Source: an uncultured Clostridium sp. (GTDB lineage: Bacteria > Bacillota > Clostridia > TANB77 > CAG-508). Taken from it: a stretch of DNA of 64,000 nt. The notes below the pieces were generated by a model. The model saw nothing but the letters and a program-made list of their open reading frames with translations. It was not told the DNA's origin and did not search any database. The first letter of the stretch is position 1. The number at the start of each line of letters is the position of its first letter. The translations under genes were made by a program, and so were the position numbers. The stretch lies in assembly GCA_948468275.1 (NCBI GenBank), contig CAOKHI010000001.1, positions 1,866 through 65,865 on the forward strand. Reading direction: 5' to 3'. Positions 11,776 to 21,279 of the stretch are shown here, in pieces.

Positions 11776-11951
11776 TAATACTGCTAGTTTATACTAAAAA
11801 TAAAGATTTAGCAAAAAGTAATCTTTGTATGGAAAAACCAATATAGACTATTGAAAAAATGACGAAATTGCTCCTACATAATTACAATAATTTTAGCTAA
11901 AGTTAGTATTTGCTATGTAATAATAAAAAGAGTTTTAAAAAACTCTTTTTA

Positions 11952-12260
11952 CTAATCCCTATTCAATTCATTTTCATCTATTACAATATTTTTATTATTT
12001 TGTACTGCATCTTTTGCTTTTTTAACATCTACTTGAACATGTTGAATACCTTTTTGTTTATCTAAAATTATAGTTGCTTTACCTACAGTCTTAGACAATT
12101 CGTCTACAACACTTCCTTGACTTTTTTGAATTGTTTCAAGTTTCTCTACTTTTTTAGCCATGTTCTGATCTATTTCTACTCCTTTACTACTTGTAAGTTC
12201 TCTATAAAACATTGCTAAAGCCGAAAATATATTACTTTTACTTGCTTGTATATTACCCAT
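11952..12260 (-). CDS. Hypothetical small protein (102 aa), charged and coiled-coil-like
   Basis: ORF with RBS aggagga upstream. A bidirectional hairpin terminator at 11925-11950 lies downstream. No recognisable domain. Confidence 0.45.
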   Translation of the reverse strand: MGNIQASKSNIFSALAMFYRELTSSKGVEIDQNMAKKVEKLETIQKSQGSVVDELSKTVGKATIILDKQKGIQHVQVDVKKAKDAVQNNKNIVIDENELNRD

Positions 12261-12376
12261 ATAATTTTTCCTCCTATATTACTTAGGAAATTTCACCTCT
12301 TATTTTTTATTAACATATATTTATATTAACATAATTATCACAAGAAATCAAGCATTTTTAATATTTTCTTAAAAAT

Positions 12377-12505
12377 GTCAATAGGTAGTGTCAATAGGGA
12401 CGGGGCTTTTTGACACATAATTTTTTAAAATAATTATATATTTAGATATAACACACAAATATTAATTGAAAAAGTGTGTCAAAAAGCCCCGTCCCTATTG
12501 ACACT
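12377..12505. repeat. Perfect 32-bp inverted repeat (TAGTGTCAATAGGGACGGGGCTTTTTGACACA) separated by a 54-bp AT-rich spacer; also contains direct repeat TGTCAATAGG x2
   Basis: Arm 1 at about 12388-12419 and its exact reverse complement at about 12474-12505. Lies in the divergent region between 11952..12260 (-) and the 3D-domain gene (+). Confidence 0.7.
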
Positions 12506-12627
12506 ATGAGGAGTGGGAGGGCTACGGATGATGGAGATGAGATAAAAATTAAAAAAATAGTAATATTTTTTGTACAAGGAACATATAATGTAGTAATACC
12601 GGTAAATTTTAACGAAAAATTAAAATT

Positions 12628-12656
12628 TGACAAAGGGAAATATATAGTATATAATG
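12628..12656 (+). promoter_or_regulatory. Promoter TTGACA-N17-TATAAT for the 3D-domain gene
   Basis: Read directly from the sequence. Confidence 0.5.
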
Positions 12657-12690
12657 GCAATGTCACTTGAAGGAGGTAGATTATATATAT

Positions 12691-13692
12691 ATGTTAAAAA
12701 GTGAAAAAGCATCATTATCCGTAAGGAAAATTACATTTATTACAGTTTTATTACTACTATTTTTTAGTGTAGGTGTAATGGCAACAAGTGTACAAGTTAA
12801 TAATGTTAAAATTATTTTATCGAATAATTATGAAATGGATGTATTAACTACTAAGACTAAAGTTTCTGATATACTAAATGAAAATCATATTATAATATTA
12901 CCAGATGAAAATGTGGTTCCAAATCAAGACTCAGATATATCAGAAAATAAAACGATAACGATTACAAAAACATTAGAAAACGGAGAAAGTGTTATAAAAT
13001 TAGCAGAGGAAAACAATCAAGTAACAGTTGAGCAAATATTAGGAAATTATACACCAGTTGTAGAAAAAATTGTTACTGAACAGGTAGCAATACCTTTTGA
13101 AACGGTTACAAAAGATTCAGGAACTATTACAGGAGAAACTACAAATAAAGTTTTAAAAGAAGGAAAAGATGGATTAAAAGAAATAACATATAAAGCAAAA
13201 TACAAAAATGATGTAGAGATAGAAAGAATTGTACTATCAGAAATAGTAATTGCTGAACCAATAAATAAAGTAGTACAAGTAACTAAAACAGCTGTTACAT
13301 CAAGAGCCAATTCAACAAGAACGGTTTCAGATAATCCTGCAAAAAAGTCAACTAATACTTTAGCTAAAAGAGTAGAAGGAAAAACACCTGTAATAAAAAC
13401 ATTTAATACATCAGCATATTGTTCATGTTCAAAATGCTGTGGTAAAAGTACTGGTTTAACCTCATCAGGAGCAAAGGCAACATCATGGTATACATTAGCT
13501 GCTGGAAGTGGATATCCTATGGGAACAGTAATTTATATACCAAGTTTAAAAAATAAGCCAAATGGTGGTTGGTTTGTAGTACAAGATAGAGGTGGAGCAA
13601 TTTCTAATAACAAACTAGATGTATATTTGGGATCTCATACGCAGGCAATACAATTTGGAAGAAAAACTTTAGAAGCGTATGTGTATATGTAG
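12691..13692 (+). CDS. Secreted cell-wall protein with DUF348 repeats, G5 domain and C-terminal 3D domain (YabE / RpfB-like architecture)
   Basis: GGAGG RBS then ATG 12691. Signal peptide. Repeats VKIILSNNYEMDV... and TITKTLENGESVIKL... G5-like TGETTNKVLKEGKDGLKEITYKAKY. 3D motif DVYLGSHTQAIQFG. Confidence 0.7.
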   Translation: MLKSEKASLSVRKITFITVLLLLFFSVGVMATSVQVNNVKIILSNNYEMDVLTTKTKVSDILNENHIIILPDENVVPNQDSDISENKTITITKTLENGESVIKLAEENNQVTVEQILGNYTPVVEKIVTEQVAIPFETVTKDSGTITGETTNKVLKEGKDGLKEITYKAKYKNDVEIERIVLSEIVIAEPINKVVQVTKTAVTSRANSTRTVSDNPAKKSTNTLAKRVEGKTPVIKTFNTSAYCSCSKCCGKSTGLTSSGAKATSWYTLAAGSGYPMGTVIYIPSLKNKPNGGWFVVQDRGGAISNNKLDVYLGSHTQAIQFGRKTLEAYVYM

Positions 13693-13861
13693 TGATAAAT
13701 GAAGATATGGGAGATTGTAATGATTTTCCATATTTTTATATATAACATTATTTAAAATGGTTTAATTACAAAAAAAGATACAAAAATAATAAGATAAAAT
13801 TGTTTATGGAAATTAATATTATATTAAGAGCTAATATATAGTACTTAGAGCCAAAAAATGA

Positions 13862-13890
13862 TTGACTTAAAAAAACAAAAAATATATAAT
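13862..13890 (+). promoter_or_regulatory. Consensus sigma-A promoter TTGACT-N17-TATAAT for the interrupted surface-protein gene
   Basis: Exact hexamers with a 17-nt spacer. AAGGAG RBS and the ATG at 13934 follow. Confidence 0.6.
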
Positions 13891-13933
13891 TTGAATATGT
13901 TTTGAAAGTAAGAATAAACAAAGGAGAAGTATA

Positions 13934-14083
13934 ATGGTGAAAAAAATAGGAGTAAGAAATAATGATTATGTAAGTAAAGATAGTGCTATAACATTAATAG
14001 TATTAGTTATTACAATAATATTACATTATTACTATGGTATGAAATATAGTAATAGCAACGGTTTCCTTAAAGCAATAGTTTAA
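13934..14083 (+). pseudogene. 5' fragment of a surface-protein paralog (conserved N-terminal signal) truncated by insertion of the mobile element at about 14020
   Basis: MVKKIGVRNNDYVSKDSAITLIVLVITII then unrelated LHYYYGMKYSNSNGFLKAIV*. The downstream continuation (VLLILVGVTISLIEKNGVF...) resumes in frame at 23637. Confidence 0.7.
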
Positions 14084-14132
14084 AATATAGATACATATAA
14101 AAAGATTTTACAGAAATGTAAAGTCTTTTTTT

Positions 14133-14223
14133 ATATATATTTATATATGGGTGCAACAATCGGTACTTTTCATATTCAATATATACTTATATATATTTAT
14201 ATTAGGGTGCAATAATAGGTATT
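14133..14223. repeat. Two iteron-like direct repeats (ATATATTTATAT(AT/TA)GGGTGCAA(C/T)AAT(C/A)GGTA(C/T)T) upstream of the rep gene; candidate replication origin
   Basis: Repeat 1 at 14133-14167 and repeat 2 at 14191-14223. Located directly 5' of the Rep CDS. Confidence 0.5.
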
Positions 14224-14360
14224 CCTGCACCTTATTATTACCCATATCAGTATATCACAATACCCAATATGTGCAACCCTGTGTATTGCCATTATAGGTT
14301 ACCAAGTCCAAGTCTAATATTTCTATATCTATTTACCCAAGATAAGGGGGAAATAGAGAA

Positions 14361-15206
14361 ATGAAAGATAAGAAAAATAAGAGGCACGAGAATGATTATA
14401 CAAGAGTAATAAGGAATAGCCAGTATATTCCTATTAGAGATGATGATTTAGTAGTTAGGACAGACTTAGGCAGGTGTACCAAGATAAAGTACATCTCAAA
14501 TAAAAATAAGACTAATTGTATCAAGAAGAGAAGCAAGAATGAATATGTTGATACACGCACAGGTGAGTTAGGACAATATAACAATAATAAATTGACGAGT
14601 AGAAAGAGTGTAAATAGAAAATTAACAAAGTATGAGGAATTAGTGATATATAACTTTCAAGGCAATAAGAATGAGTTATTCATAACTTTAAATTGTAAAG
14701 AGCATATTACAGATATTGCAGACATCAAAAAGTTTTTTAAAAGATTTATAAAGAAACTAAGAAAAGATTATGAGGGGTTAGAGTACATCTATATGCCAGA
14801 GCAGACAGAGAATGGTTGTTGGCATATACACCTATTCATTAAATGCACCACCCTAGATTATTTCTTTATAAAGGCACAGAAACTATATGACTATTGGGAA
14901 CAAGGTGGTGTATATGTAATGACAAACAGAAACACATTCAAGACCCTAAACCATTCAAAAGACAAAAGGGACGATAGGTTGGAAAGATTTAGACACTTTC
15001 CGAAAGGTTGTAGAATGTGTAATGCAAGTAGAGGAATAAAGAAACCACCAAAACAAGTAAAGGTGTATGCAGAATGTGAGGAATTAGATACAAGTAAATA
15101 TAAAAGGTATATGACCAAAACATATAAAGTCAAGAATGAATTAACAAATAGGACAATCTCAATCATTTCTACCGAAATGTATAAAAAGATTGATAATGAT
15201 AAGTAG
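14361..15206 (+). CDS. rep: Rolling-circle replication initiator (HUH endonuclease, Rep_trans-like)
   Basis: 281 aa. HUH-like motif CWHIHLFIK. Basic N-terminus. Candidate catalytic Tyr region ...GGVYVMTNRNTF... Confidence 0.6.
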   Translation: MKDKKNKRHENDYTRVIRNSQYIPIRDDDLVVRTDLGRCTKIKYISNKNKTNCIKKRSKNEYVDTRTGELGQYNNNKLTSRKSVNRKLTKYEELVIYNFQGNKNELFITLNCKEHITDIADIKKFFKRFIKKLRKDYEGLEYIYMPEQTENGCWHIHLFIKCTTLDYFFIKAQKLYDYWEQGGVYVMTNRNTFKTLNHSKDKRDDRLERFRHFPKGCRMCNASRGIKKPPKQVKVYAECEELDTSKYKRYMTKTYKVKNELTNRTISIISTEMYKKIDNDK

Positions 15207-15354
15207 TCAAGATTAGTTTATATGAGATTCAAAAAAAGTAGGGTAAAATATTAATAGGCAGGTACTTTAAAAAGTACAATGCCAGAACTTTCATTTTTCC
15301 AATATTAACCTTTTTTAAATTATTATAACATTACTATTTGAGAGGGGTGGTTAT

Positions 15355-15600
15355 ATGCACTTAGTCGAGATTAGACAAGATTTACACGACACATCAGTTA
15401 AAACAATTATTTATGACAACAGCAGAATTTTAAGACAGTTAGAAACACTAGCAGAATTCACAACAGATTTAAGTTATGCAGATTGTGAGTATGTAACCAC
15501 CTTATTATCTAAAACAAGAACATTATTGAATAAGGCATATACAATATTCAAATTAAATAACGAGGAGGTGGAATCAAAAAATGGTAACAAAGAAAAATAA
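15355..15600 (+). CDS. Hypothetical protein (81 aa), element cargo
   Basis: ORF with RBS gagagggg upstream. Confidence 0.4.
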   Translation: MHLVEIRQDLHDTSVKTIIYDNSRILRQLETLAEFTTDLSYADCEYVTTLLSKTRTLLNKAYTIFKLNNEEVESKNGNKEK

Positions 15601-15826
15601 GAAACTAACAGAAGAATTAGTCAAAGTACAAATGCAACACATTGACCCAACGTTTTTGCAAGACGAATTTACACAAATGCAAGTTGCAATTTGTGAAATA
15701 ATAGAAAAATTACAAGAAACAAATTTAGACGAAACAACAATAAATGTTATTTATCAGTTAAATGAAATATGTAATGCAATCATAGACAAAATCGATTGGA
15801 ATATATCAGCACAAGATTTTTTTTAA
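15581..15826 (+). CDS. Hypothetical protein (81 aa), element cargo
   Basis: Own RBS GAGGAGGTG plus ATG. Overlaps the upstream ORF by 20 nt. Confidence 0.45.
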   Translation: MVTKKNKKLTEELVKVQMQHIDPTFLQDEFTQMQVAICEIIEKLQETNLDETTINVIYQLNEICNAIIDKIDWNISAQDFF

Positions 15827-15840
15827 GGGGGTATAGTTAA

Positions 15841-16377
15841 ATGAAAGAACTTGAAATAATAGAATTAAAAGAGATTCCAATCGAAGAAATTATATCATTT
15901 TCAAAGTTACAAACATCGCCATATATCACTATTTTAGACGATTTAAACTTTGGATTGTTTAATCAATTTGTAGTGTGGGCAGACGAATTGAAACTTGTAT
16001 ATTTCATAGTTAAAGGCACAAATAAGATTGCAGTCATTGGAAACAGAAAAGAGGCATTGAAAATAGCAAGATTACTACAAGTAAAAGCCCAAGTTATGTA
16101 CTATACATTATTAAAGCCACGAAAGATATTCGGCAAAGTTTATACACCAAAAAGGAATTCAAACTATGTAGTACAAGCAGTCAATGAAAAAGGAAAACTA
16201 ATTGACCCATTTATCAATACAGAAATAGAAACAGTAAAGTGCAGCACATTATCAAAATACATTTTTAGGAACTACAAATATTATATCAGTGTTAGAGGTA
16301 GTAAAAATAACAAGGTAGAGAATTTTCAGTTACTAAGAGATAAAAGACATAATTTTGTTTTAAGTGGAAAGATTTAA
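15841..16377 (+). CDS. Hypothetical protein (178 aa), element cargo
   Basis: RBS aagggggt before the ATG. Confidence 0.45.
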   Translation: MKELEIIELKEIPIEEIISFSKLQTSPYITILDDLNFGLFNQFVVWADELKLVYFIVKGTNKIAVIGNRKEALKIARLLQVKAQVMYYTLLKPRKIFGKVYTPKRNSNYVVQAVNEKGKLIDPFINTEIETVKCSTLSKYIFRNYKYYISVRGSKNNKVENFQLLRDKRHNFVLSGKI

Positions 16378-16647
16378 TGTATTTTGAAAATATCAAATAC
16401 AAATGCACAATCTCACATAACACGTTGCAACGAGGTTTGATTTTAAGACATTTTCAGTAACTAAGGTATAAAAGTATATGATTGAAAATATCAAACATAT
16501 TCACGAAAACCCTTGACAGATTTTAAAACTTATAACATAAAAATATTTTTTAAGAACTTTTTAAGAAGGAGTTGCAATCGAACAAACATTCTTATATACT
16601 TACCATAGTAAGCCTTACAAATATTTTTGATAAGGGGGTGAGTATAT

Positions 16648-17010
16648 ATGGAAACAGATACAGAAAAAGAGAAAGAAAGACAAAAAGAAATACTACAACA
16701 CTTCGACAATACATTTAAAACAAATACTATAAATCATATACAGTTAAATATGCCATTGTTGAAAGTGTTTTATGAATATTTTAGTGACGAGTTACACAAG
16801 TCTAGCCCAAGTTATGACGAATTGAGAAAAAAGTACATCGAGGTTTCCGACCTATTAGAGAATTCATTTACAGAGGGGCAACAAACATTATTTGAGAAAT
16901 TCTTTGAGATTGGTAGCAATATGTCAGTTGAAAGAAGTGAACAACTTTTCTATTTTGGTTACATACTAGCCAAAGAGTTAGAAAAAGAAAGCATAATTGA
17001 AAAGACATAA
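16648..17010 (+). CDS. Hypothetical protein (120 aa), element cargo
   Basis: RBS aagggggtg, then ATG. Followed by a terminator. Confidence 0.45.
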   Translation: METDTEKEKERQKEILQHFDNTFKTNTINHIQLNMPLLKVFYEYFSDELHKSSPSYDELRKKYIEVSDLLENSFTEGQQTLFEKFFEIGSNMSVERSEQLFYFGYILAKELEKESIIEKT

Positions 17011-17019
17011 AAATTAAGT

Positions 17020-17046
17020 AAGTAGAGGTTTCCCCACCTCTACTTT
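17020..17046 (+). terminator. Terminator hairpin AAGTAGAGGT ttcccc ACCTCTACTT
   Basis: Perfect 10-bp stem after the stop of 16648..17010. Confidence 0.5.
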
Positions 17047-17186
17047 AATTATAATCATATTTCTAGGTACGAGGTTAAGTTTCTTGGCAATTTAATATAC
17101 CACATCATATAAAGTTATATCTTGGGAATTAAATGTTTATTATAACAAAAAATAGGCATAATAAAAGAGTAAGTATAACACTTACC

Positions 17187-17414
17187 CTAGACCTCATATT
17201 TATAGTGATAAAAAGTAGCACCAATAAAAGACAATATAAACCATATTATGATTTCATAAGTAATTACATATTGTGTTGCAGTTAATGATTGATACAAAAT
17301 AACATTTTGAATTCCTAGTGCAGTTGTAATAAGATAAGCAATAGCAATGTTAATAAGTGAAAATACAAGACTAGCAAACAACTCTTTGATTTCATATTTA
17401 GACATAATACTCAC
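17187..17414 (-). CDS. Small two-TM membrane protein (75 aa), holin-like
   Basis: Two hydrophobic helices with a charged C-terminus. Divergent from the XRE regulator. Confidence 0.35.
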   Translation of the reverse strand: MSIMSKYEIKELFASLVFSLINIAIAYLITTALGIQNVILYQSLTATQYVITYEIIIWFILSFIGATFYHYKYEV

Positions 17415-17548
17415 CTCATTTCCTTAATGTATGAGAAATTATAACAAAATAAAACATACTTGTAAAGTACTACACAACAAGAGATTAACACAAAGGCACT
17501 ACATATTATACAATAATTTATGAATAAATAGGACAAGGGGTGTAGTAA

Positions 17549-17809
17549 ATGGCAAAGGCAAATAAGGAAATAAAAGAAATAATGCAAGTTGTAGATTATG
17601 GTGATATAGAATTAAAACTAGATAAATTGTTAAATGATAGAAATATATCGACTTATGAATTAAGCAACAAGGCACACATAAGATTCCAAACAATACAGAA
17701 TTTGAGGAAAAGACAAACAACAAGAATAGATTTTAATGTACTAGCACGAATTTGTTACAGTTTAGATTGCAAGGTGCAAGATGTAATCGAATATAAAGAG
17801 AAGAAATAG
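17549..17809 (+). CDS. XRE/Cro-family helix-turn-helix transcriptional regulator (86 aa)
   Basis: HTH ISTYELSNKAHIRFQTIQNLRKRQTT. RBS aaggggtg. Confidence 0.6.
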   Translation: MAKANKEIKEIMQVVDYGDIELKLDKLLNDRNISTYELSNKAHIRFQTIQNLRKRQTTRIDFNVLARICYSLDCKVQDVIEYKEKK

Positions 17810-17905
17810 TAAAGAAGAAAAGTCTTTACTATTTTATTTGTGTTGCCCATCTCTTTTAAAATATTATAATACTTTTAGTGTACTACTTGAAATATAATAA
17901 TTGTT

Positions 17906-18328
17906 ATGATAATATATCAATGTAGAATAATGTCGAATAATTGGGGGGTGGTAAATTTGGGTGTAGTTGACGACTTGGAAAAATTAAAACAGTTGAAAGA
18001 CACAGGAGCAATTACAGATACAGAATTTGAGATTGAAAAGTCAAAAATATTAAATGGCAGTATTAGCAATAATAACAATGCAGATAAGAAAGCAACAAAA
18101 GGAATGATTGGTTTCATATTAGGGTTAGTATCAATCATAGCGTGGTATATTCCTTTAATTGGTTACCCAGTTACAGTATGTGGAATCATATTTAGTAGTT
18201 TAGGTATGAATTCTAAAAATAAAGGTAAAGCAGTTGCAGGGTTAGTATTATCAATAATATTTTTGATTGTAACACTAATCAATAGTATATTAGGTGCAAT
18301 TCTAGTTAATATGTTTTACTATTTATAG
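17906..18328 (+). CDS. SHOCT-domain protein with C-terminal transmembrane segments
   Basis: LEKLKQLKDTGAITDTEFEIEKSKIL matches the SHOCT consensus, followed by 2-3 TM helices. Start is uncertain (a TTG/ATG candidate lies about 17930-17950). Confidence 0.45.
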   Translation: MIIYQCRIMSNNWGVVNLGVVDDLEKLKQLKDTGAITDTEFEIEKSKILNGSISNNNNADKKATKGMIGFILGLVSIIAWYIPLIGYPVTVCGIIFSSLGMNSKNKGKAVAGLVLSIIFLIVTLINSILGAILVNMFYYL

Positions 18329-18340
18329 TAAGGGGGAATT

Positions 18341-18733
18341 ATGGCAAGTAATTACAATGAATTAGGAAAACTTAAAGCCTTAAAAGATAATGGCACAATA
18401 ACGGATGCAGAATATGAAATACAAAAGTACAAAATCTTAAATACAACAGCAGAAACAAAAGGCAAAAAGAATAAGTCAAAAGTATTCTTTATTATTTCTA
18501 GCATTGGTACAGTAATAAGTATTGTATTAGGTGTAATTTCTTACTTGTGGCACGATTGTGATATGTATATTGATACATTACTTAATAATAAAAGTTTGAA
18601 TAGTGCAATATCTAACATTGTAGACGGCAGTTTCACAATACTAATTATAACCACTATTACAATGTTAATAGTAGGAATTGTATTTAAAATAAAGGAAAGA
18701 GGGGAAAGTAAAAATGTCAAAAAACATAATTAA
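18341..18733 (+). CDS. SHOCT-domain membrane protein, paralog of 17906 gene
   Basis: LGKLKALKDNGTITDAEYEIQKYKIL followed by TM helices. RBS aagggggaat. Confidence 0.5.
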   Translation: MASNYNELGKLKALKDNGTITDAEYEIQKYKILNTTAETKGKKNKSKVFFIISSIGTVISIVLGVISYLWHDCDMYIDTLLNNKSLNSAISNIVDGSFTILIITTITMLIVGIVFKIKERGESKNVKKHN

Positions 18734-19316
18734 AATTATAATAGTAATTGTAGTAGTAATAGCAGTAATTGTAGGTGGTATATTTGCATTTCAATTTATA
18801 TCTACAAATAGTAAAATAAAAGATACAGAGGAAAAATTAAATCAAATAAATGCAGAAGAATTAGAAAATAAACTAATTGAAAACTTGAAAAAGTCTAAAC
18901 TTTATGTAGGTGCAGTAAATGAAAGTGATAAAGAGTTGGTTTGGACAGAATTTAAGAATGTTAATGGTGTAGTAATTGCAAAAATTCAATCTACAAAAGG
19001 GGAATATGTAAATATACCTTGTTTTAAGATTGAAAGTGATAGTAATGGAAAATTTAAAAGCATAACCTTTGATAACTCACAAACTAATGGTATATTTGAT
19101 ATTAGTAAACAAGTGATAAATAGTGAATTTAAAAATGAATATAATATAGATACATTTATAGAAAACAATAGTTTATATAACAAACATTTTGTAATAGGTA
19201 GTGAACCACAAGAGATAGAAAGAAGTAGTCAAGTCTTTTTTGAAAGTATGACTAATCATATATTAGGTTATGTATCAATTTTAGAATGGTGGACTCCTAC
19301 TACATTTGGAATTTAA
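18714..19316 (+). CDS. Membrane-anchored hypothetical protein (200 aa)
   Basis: N-terminal TM IIKIIIVIVVVIAVIVGGIFAF. RBS aaggaaagagggg. Confidence 0.45.
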   Translation: MSKNIIKIIIVIVVVIAVIVGGIFAFQFISTNSKIKDTEEKLNQINAEELENKLIENLKKSKLYVGAVNESDKELVWTEFKNVNGVVIAKIQSTKGEYVNIPCFKIESDSNGKFKSITFDNSQTNGIFDISKQVINSEFKNEYNIDTFIENNSLYNKHFVIGSEPQEIERSSQVFFESMTNHILGYVSILEWWTPTTFGI

Positions 19317-19451
19317 AGAAGATCACACCCAATAATTTTAAGCAACAAATTATACTAGCCTACATATAAAAATGCCCCTCAATCAATTCTAGGGGCAAGA
19401 AAGTATAAAATAACAAAGGAAATGCAAACAACATCGCATTTCCTTTTAATA

Positions 19452-20006
19452 TTAAGCATTAGCATTTACAATTCTGTATAAACTTGTTTTTGAGATTCCA
19501 GTAGTTTTTATTATGTCATTTATAGAATAATCGTTTGAGTTATACATCTGTAAAATGGTTTCTTTTTTATCATTGAATTTATTAGGACGACCAAGTGTCT
19601 TGCCCCTTTTCTTAGCACTTTCTAAACCCTCTTTGGTACGTTGTGCAATCAAATCTCTTTCAAATTGAGATAAGCCAGCAAATATTGTAAATAGTAATTT
19701 TCCTTGTGGTGTAGTTGTATCTAACCAAGTTTCCTTTAATGATTTAATACTAGCACCCTTTTTCTCTATTATTTCTACTATATCAAATAAGTCCTTTGTA
19801 CTACGAGATAATCTTGTTAATTCTGTAATGATTACAACATCGCCCTCTCTTAAATTATCTAACATTCTATTTAATTCTATTCTTTCTCTTTTAGTGCCAG
19901 TTTCCTTTTCCTCGAAAATTCTTTCTACTCCATATTCATTTAGTATATCTGTTTGTCTGTCCAATTTTTGACCAGTAGTTGATACCCTTTTATAACCCAT
20001 TTTCAT
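19452..20006 (-). CDS. Small serine recombinase (resolvase/invertase family)
   Basis: RBS GGGAGG then ATG (MKMGYKRVSTTGQ..., catalytic Ser). C-terminal HTH. The ORF-track start at 20060 is unlikely. Confidence 0.8.
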   Translation of the reverse strand: MKMGYKRVSTTGQKLDRQTDILNEYGVERIFEEKETGTKRERIELNRMLDNLREGDVVIITELTRLSRSTKDLFDIVEIIEKKGASIKSLKETWLDTTTPQGKLLFTIFAGLSQFERDLIAQRTKEGLESAKKRGKTLGRPNKFNDKKETILQMYNSNDYSINDIIKTTGISKTSLYRIVNANA

Positions 20007-20206
20007 ATTATCTACCTCCCTGTGATTAGCCAGTGTACCAAAAATTAGTAACAAAGTCAAGCACTTTCGGTAATAATTTTTGAAACTTTTTTAAAATTTT
20101 ATAAAATATCATAAATTTGTTGTAATATCAGTATTTACAAAGAATAGTACCAAAATTACACATTAGCATATTTGAAAAGTACCATAAACAATCAATTTTG
20201 AAACTG

Positions 20207-20749
20207 TTACTTTTTAGGTATCATATTTCTAAAAAGTTTGTCTATTTCCCTTTGAACTTTAGCACTAGACATATAAACTACATCAGCCCTAGTTTCTTTA
20301 TCAAGAATGGTTTTATATTGGTTAGATACATTTTGTAATTCTTCAACAAATACATCTATTAAATTTGTATTACATATAATTTTATTCAATACATCTATTG
20401 CAGTTTCATTATTGATACTATCTAATTTCTTTTTAGAATCAGCACTTAACTTGTACTTGCCAACAATATTATCATTTCCAACATAAATTTCAGAAAAATC
20501 ACATCTATTAAGTAAACTATCAATAGAAATATCAAATAAATATGCAATGGCATATAGATTTACAGAGCCTATTCTTTGTTTATTATTGGGGTTTAAATAT
20601 CTTGTTATTTGTTTATCAGTAATTGATACATCACAAACTTCTTTTATTTTGTTAGATAATTCCTTTGGGGCATAGTCAAACATTTTCATAAGATTTTCTA
20701 AATTTTCAGCAAACTGTTTATTTGAGTACATTTTAAAGTCATTTTCCAT
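20207..20749 (-). CDS. CI-like repressor with an N-terminal XRE HTH domain (180 aa)
   Basis: HTH ...NKQFAENLENLMKMFDYAPKELSNKIKEVCDVSITDKQITRY... Divergently arranged to 20932 (a lysogeny-switch-like layout). Confidence 0.5.
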   Translation of the reverse strand: MENDFKMYSNKQFAENLENLMKMFDYAPKELSNKIKEVCDVSITDKQITRYLNPNNKQRIGSVNLYAIAYLFDISIDSLLNRCDFSEIYVGNDNIVGKYKLSADSKKKLDSINNETAIDVLNKIICNTNLIDVFVEELQNVSNQYKTILDKETRADVVYMSSAKVQREIDKLFRNMIPKK

Positions 20750-20931
20750 AAATTACAACCACCTTTTAAGACTTTTAATTCCACAATATTATCACATAAA
20801 GAATAATAAGTCAATAAATACAGACCTTTAATTCTAGGCAATAAAAATTAGTAAAACAATTTTATTAAGATAGTAATGAGGGGCAAGAAATATGCCTACT
20901 TAAAAATTAAAATATTAGGAGGTATGGAATT

Positions 20932-21279
20932 ATGAAAGCAGAAGAATTCCAAACAAAAGAAAAAGAACAGACAACAATCGCCGAGACATTTGATTTTGAA
21001 AACAAAAGAATAGGAGCATTTATTAAACACAGTTGCAGTGACGAGTTAGACATTAAGTTAAAATTTCTTGCAGATTATCAAGAAAAAAATAACATTGAAA
21101 AAATTGATTGGTTTTATACAGGGGAGAATGGAGATTACTGGGCATACTATAAAGCCATTACAGACATTTTTGAAGAAAACATAGATATTTTATTAGTAGT
21201 AGGAGACCTTGAAGAATTAACACCAGACTATGAAATACTAGAAAAAATTGAACAAAATGTTGAGTTAATAAGGGTGTAA
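20932..21279 (+). CDS. Hypothetical acidic protein (115 aa)
   Basis: RBS aggaggt then ATG. Confidence 0.45.
   Translation: MKAEEFQTKEKEQTTIAETFDFENKRIGAFIKHSCSDELDIKLKFLADYQEKNNIEKIDWFYTGENGDYWAYYKAITDIFEENIDILLVVGDLEELTPDYEILEKIEQNVELIRV

Noticed and set aside
12377-12505. Inverted repeat upstream of the 3D-domain cell-wall gene considered as a c-di-AMP (ydaO) riboswitch
   Set aside because: None of the conserved ydaO blocks are present (GGGGUGAAUC, CCGAACCCG, CAGCUAACCUCGUAAGC). A perfect 32-bp inverted repeat is also unlike a riboswitch.
12476-12670. 64-aa ORF overlapping the inverted-repeat arm
   Set aside because: It has no RBS, lies across the repeat and promoter region, and is likely spurious.
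15355-15826. Overlap of ORFs 15355..15600 and 15581..15826 as a frameshifted single gene
   Set aside because: The second ORF has its own strong RBS (GAGGAGGTG) and ATG, so this is a normal overlapping gene pair.
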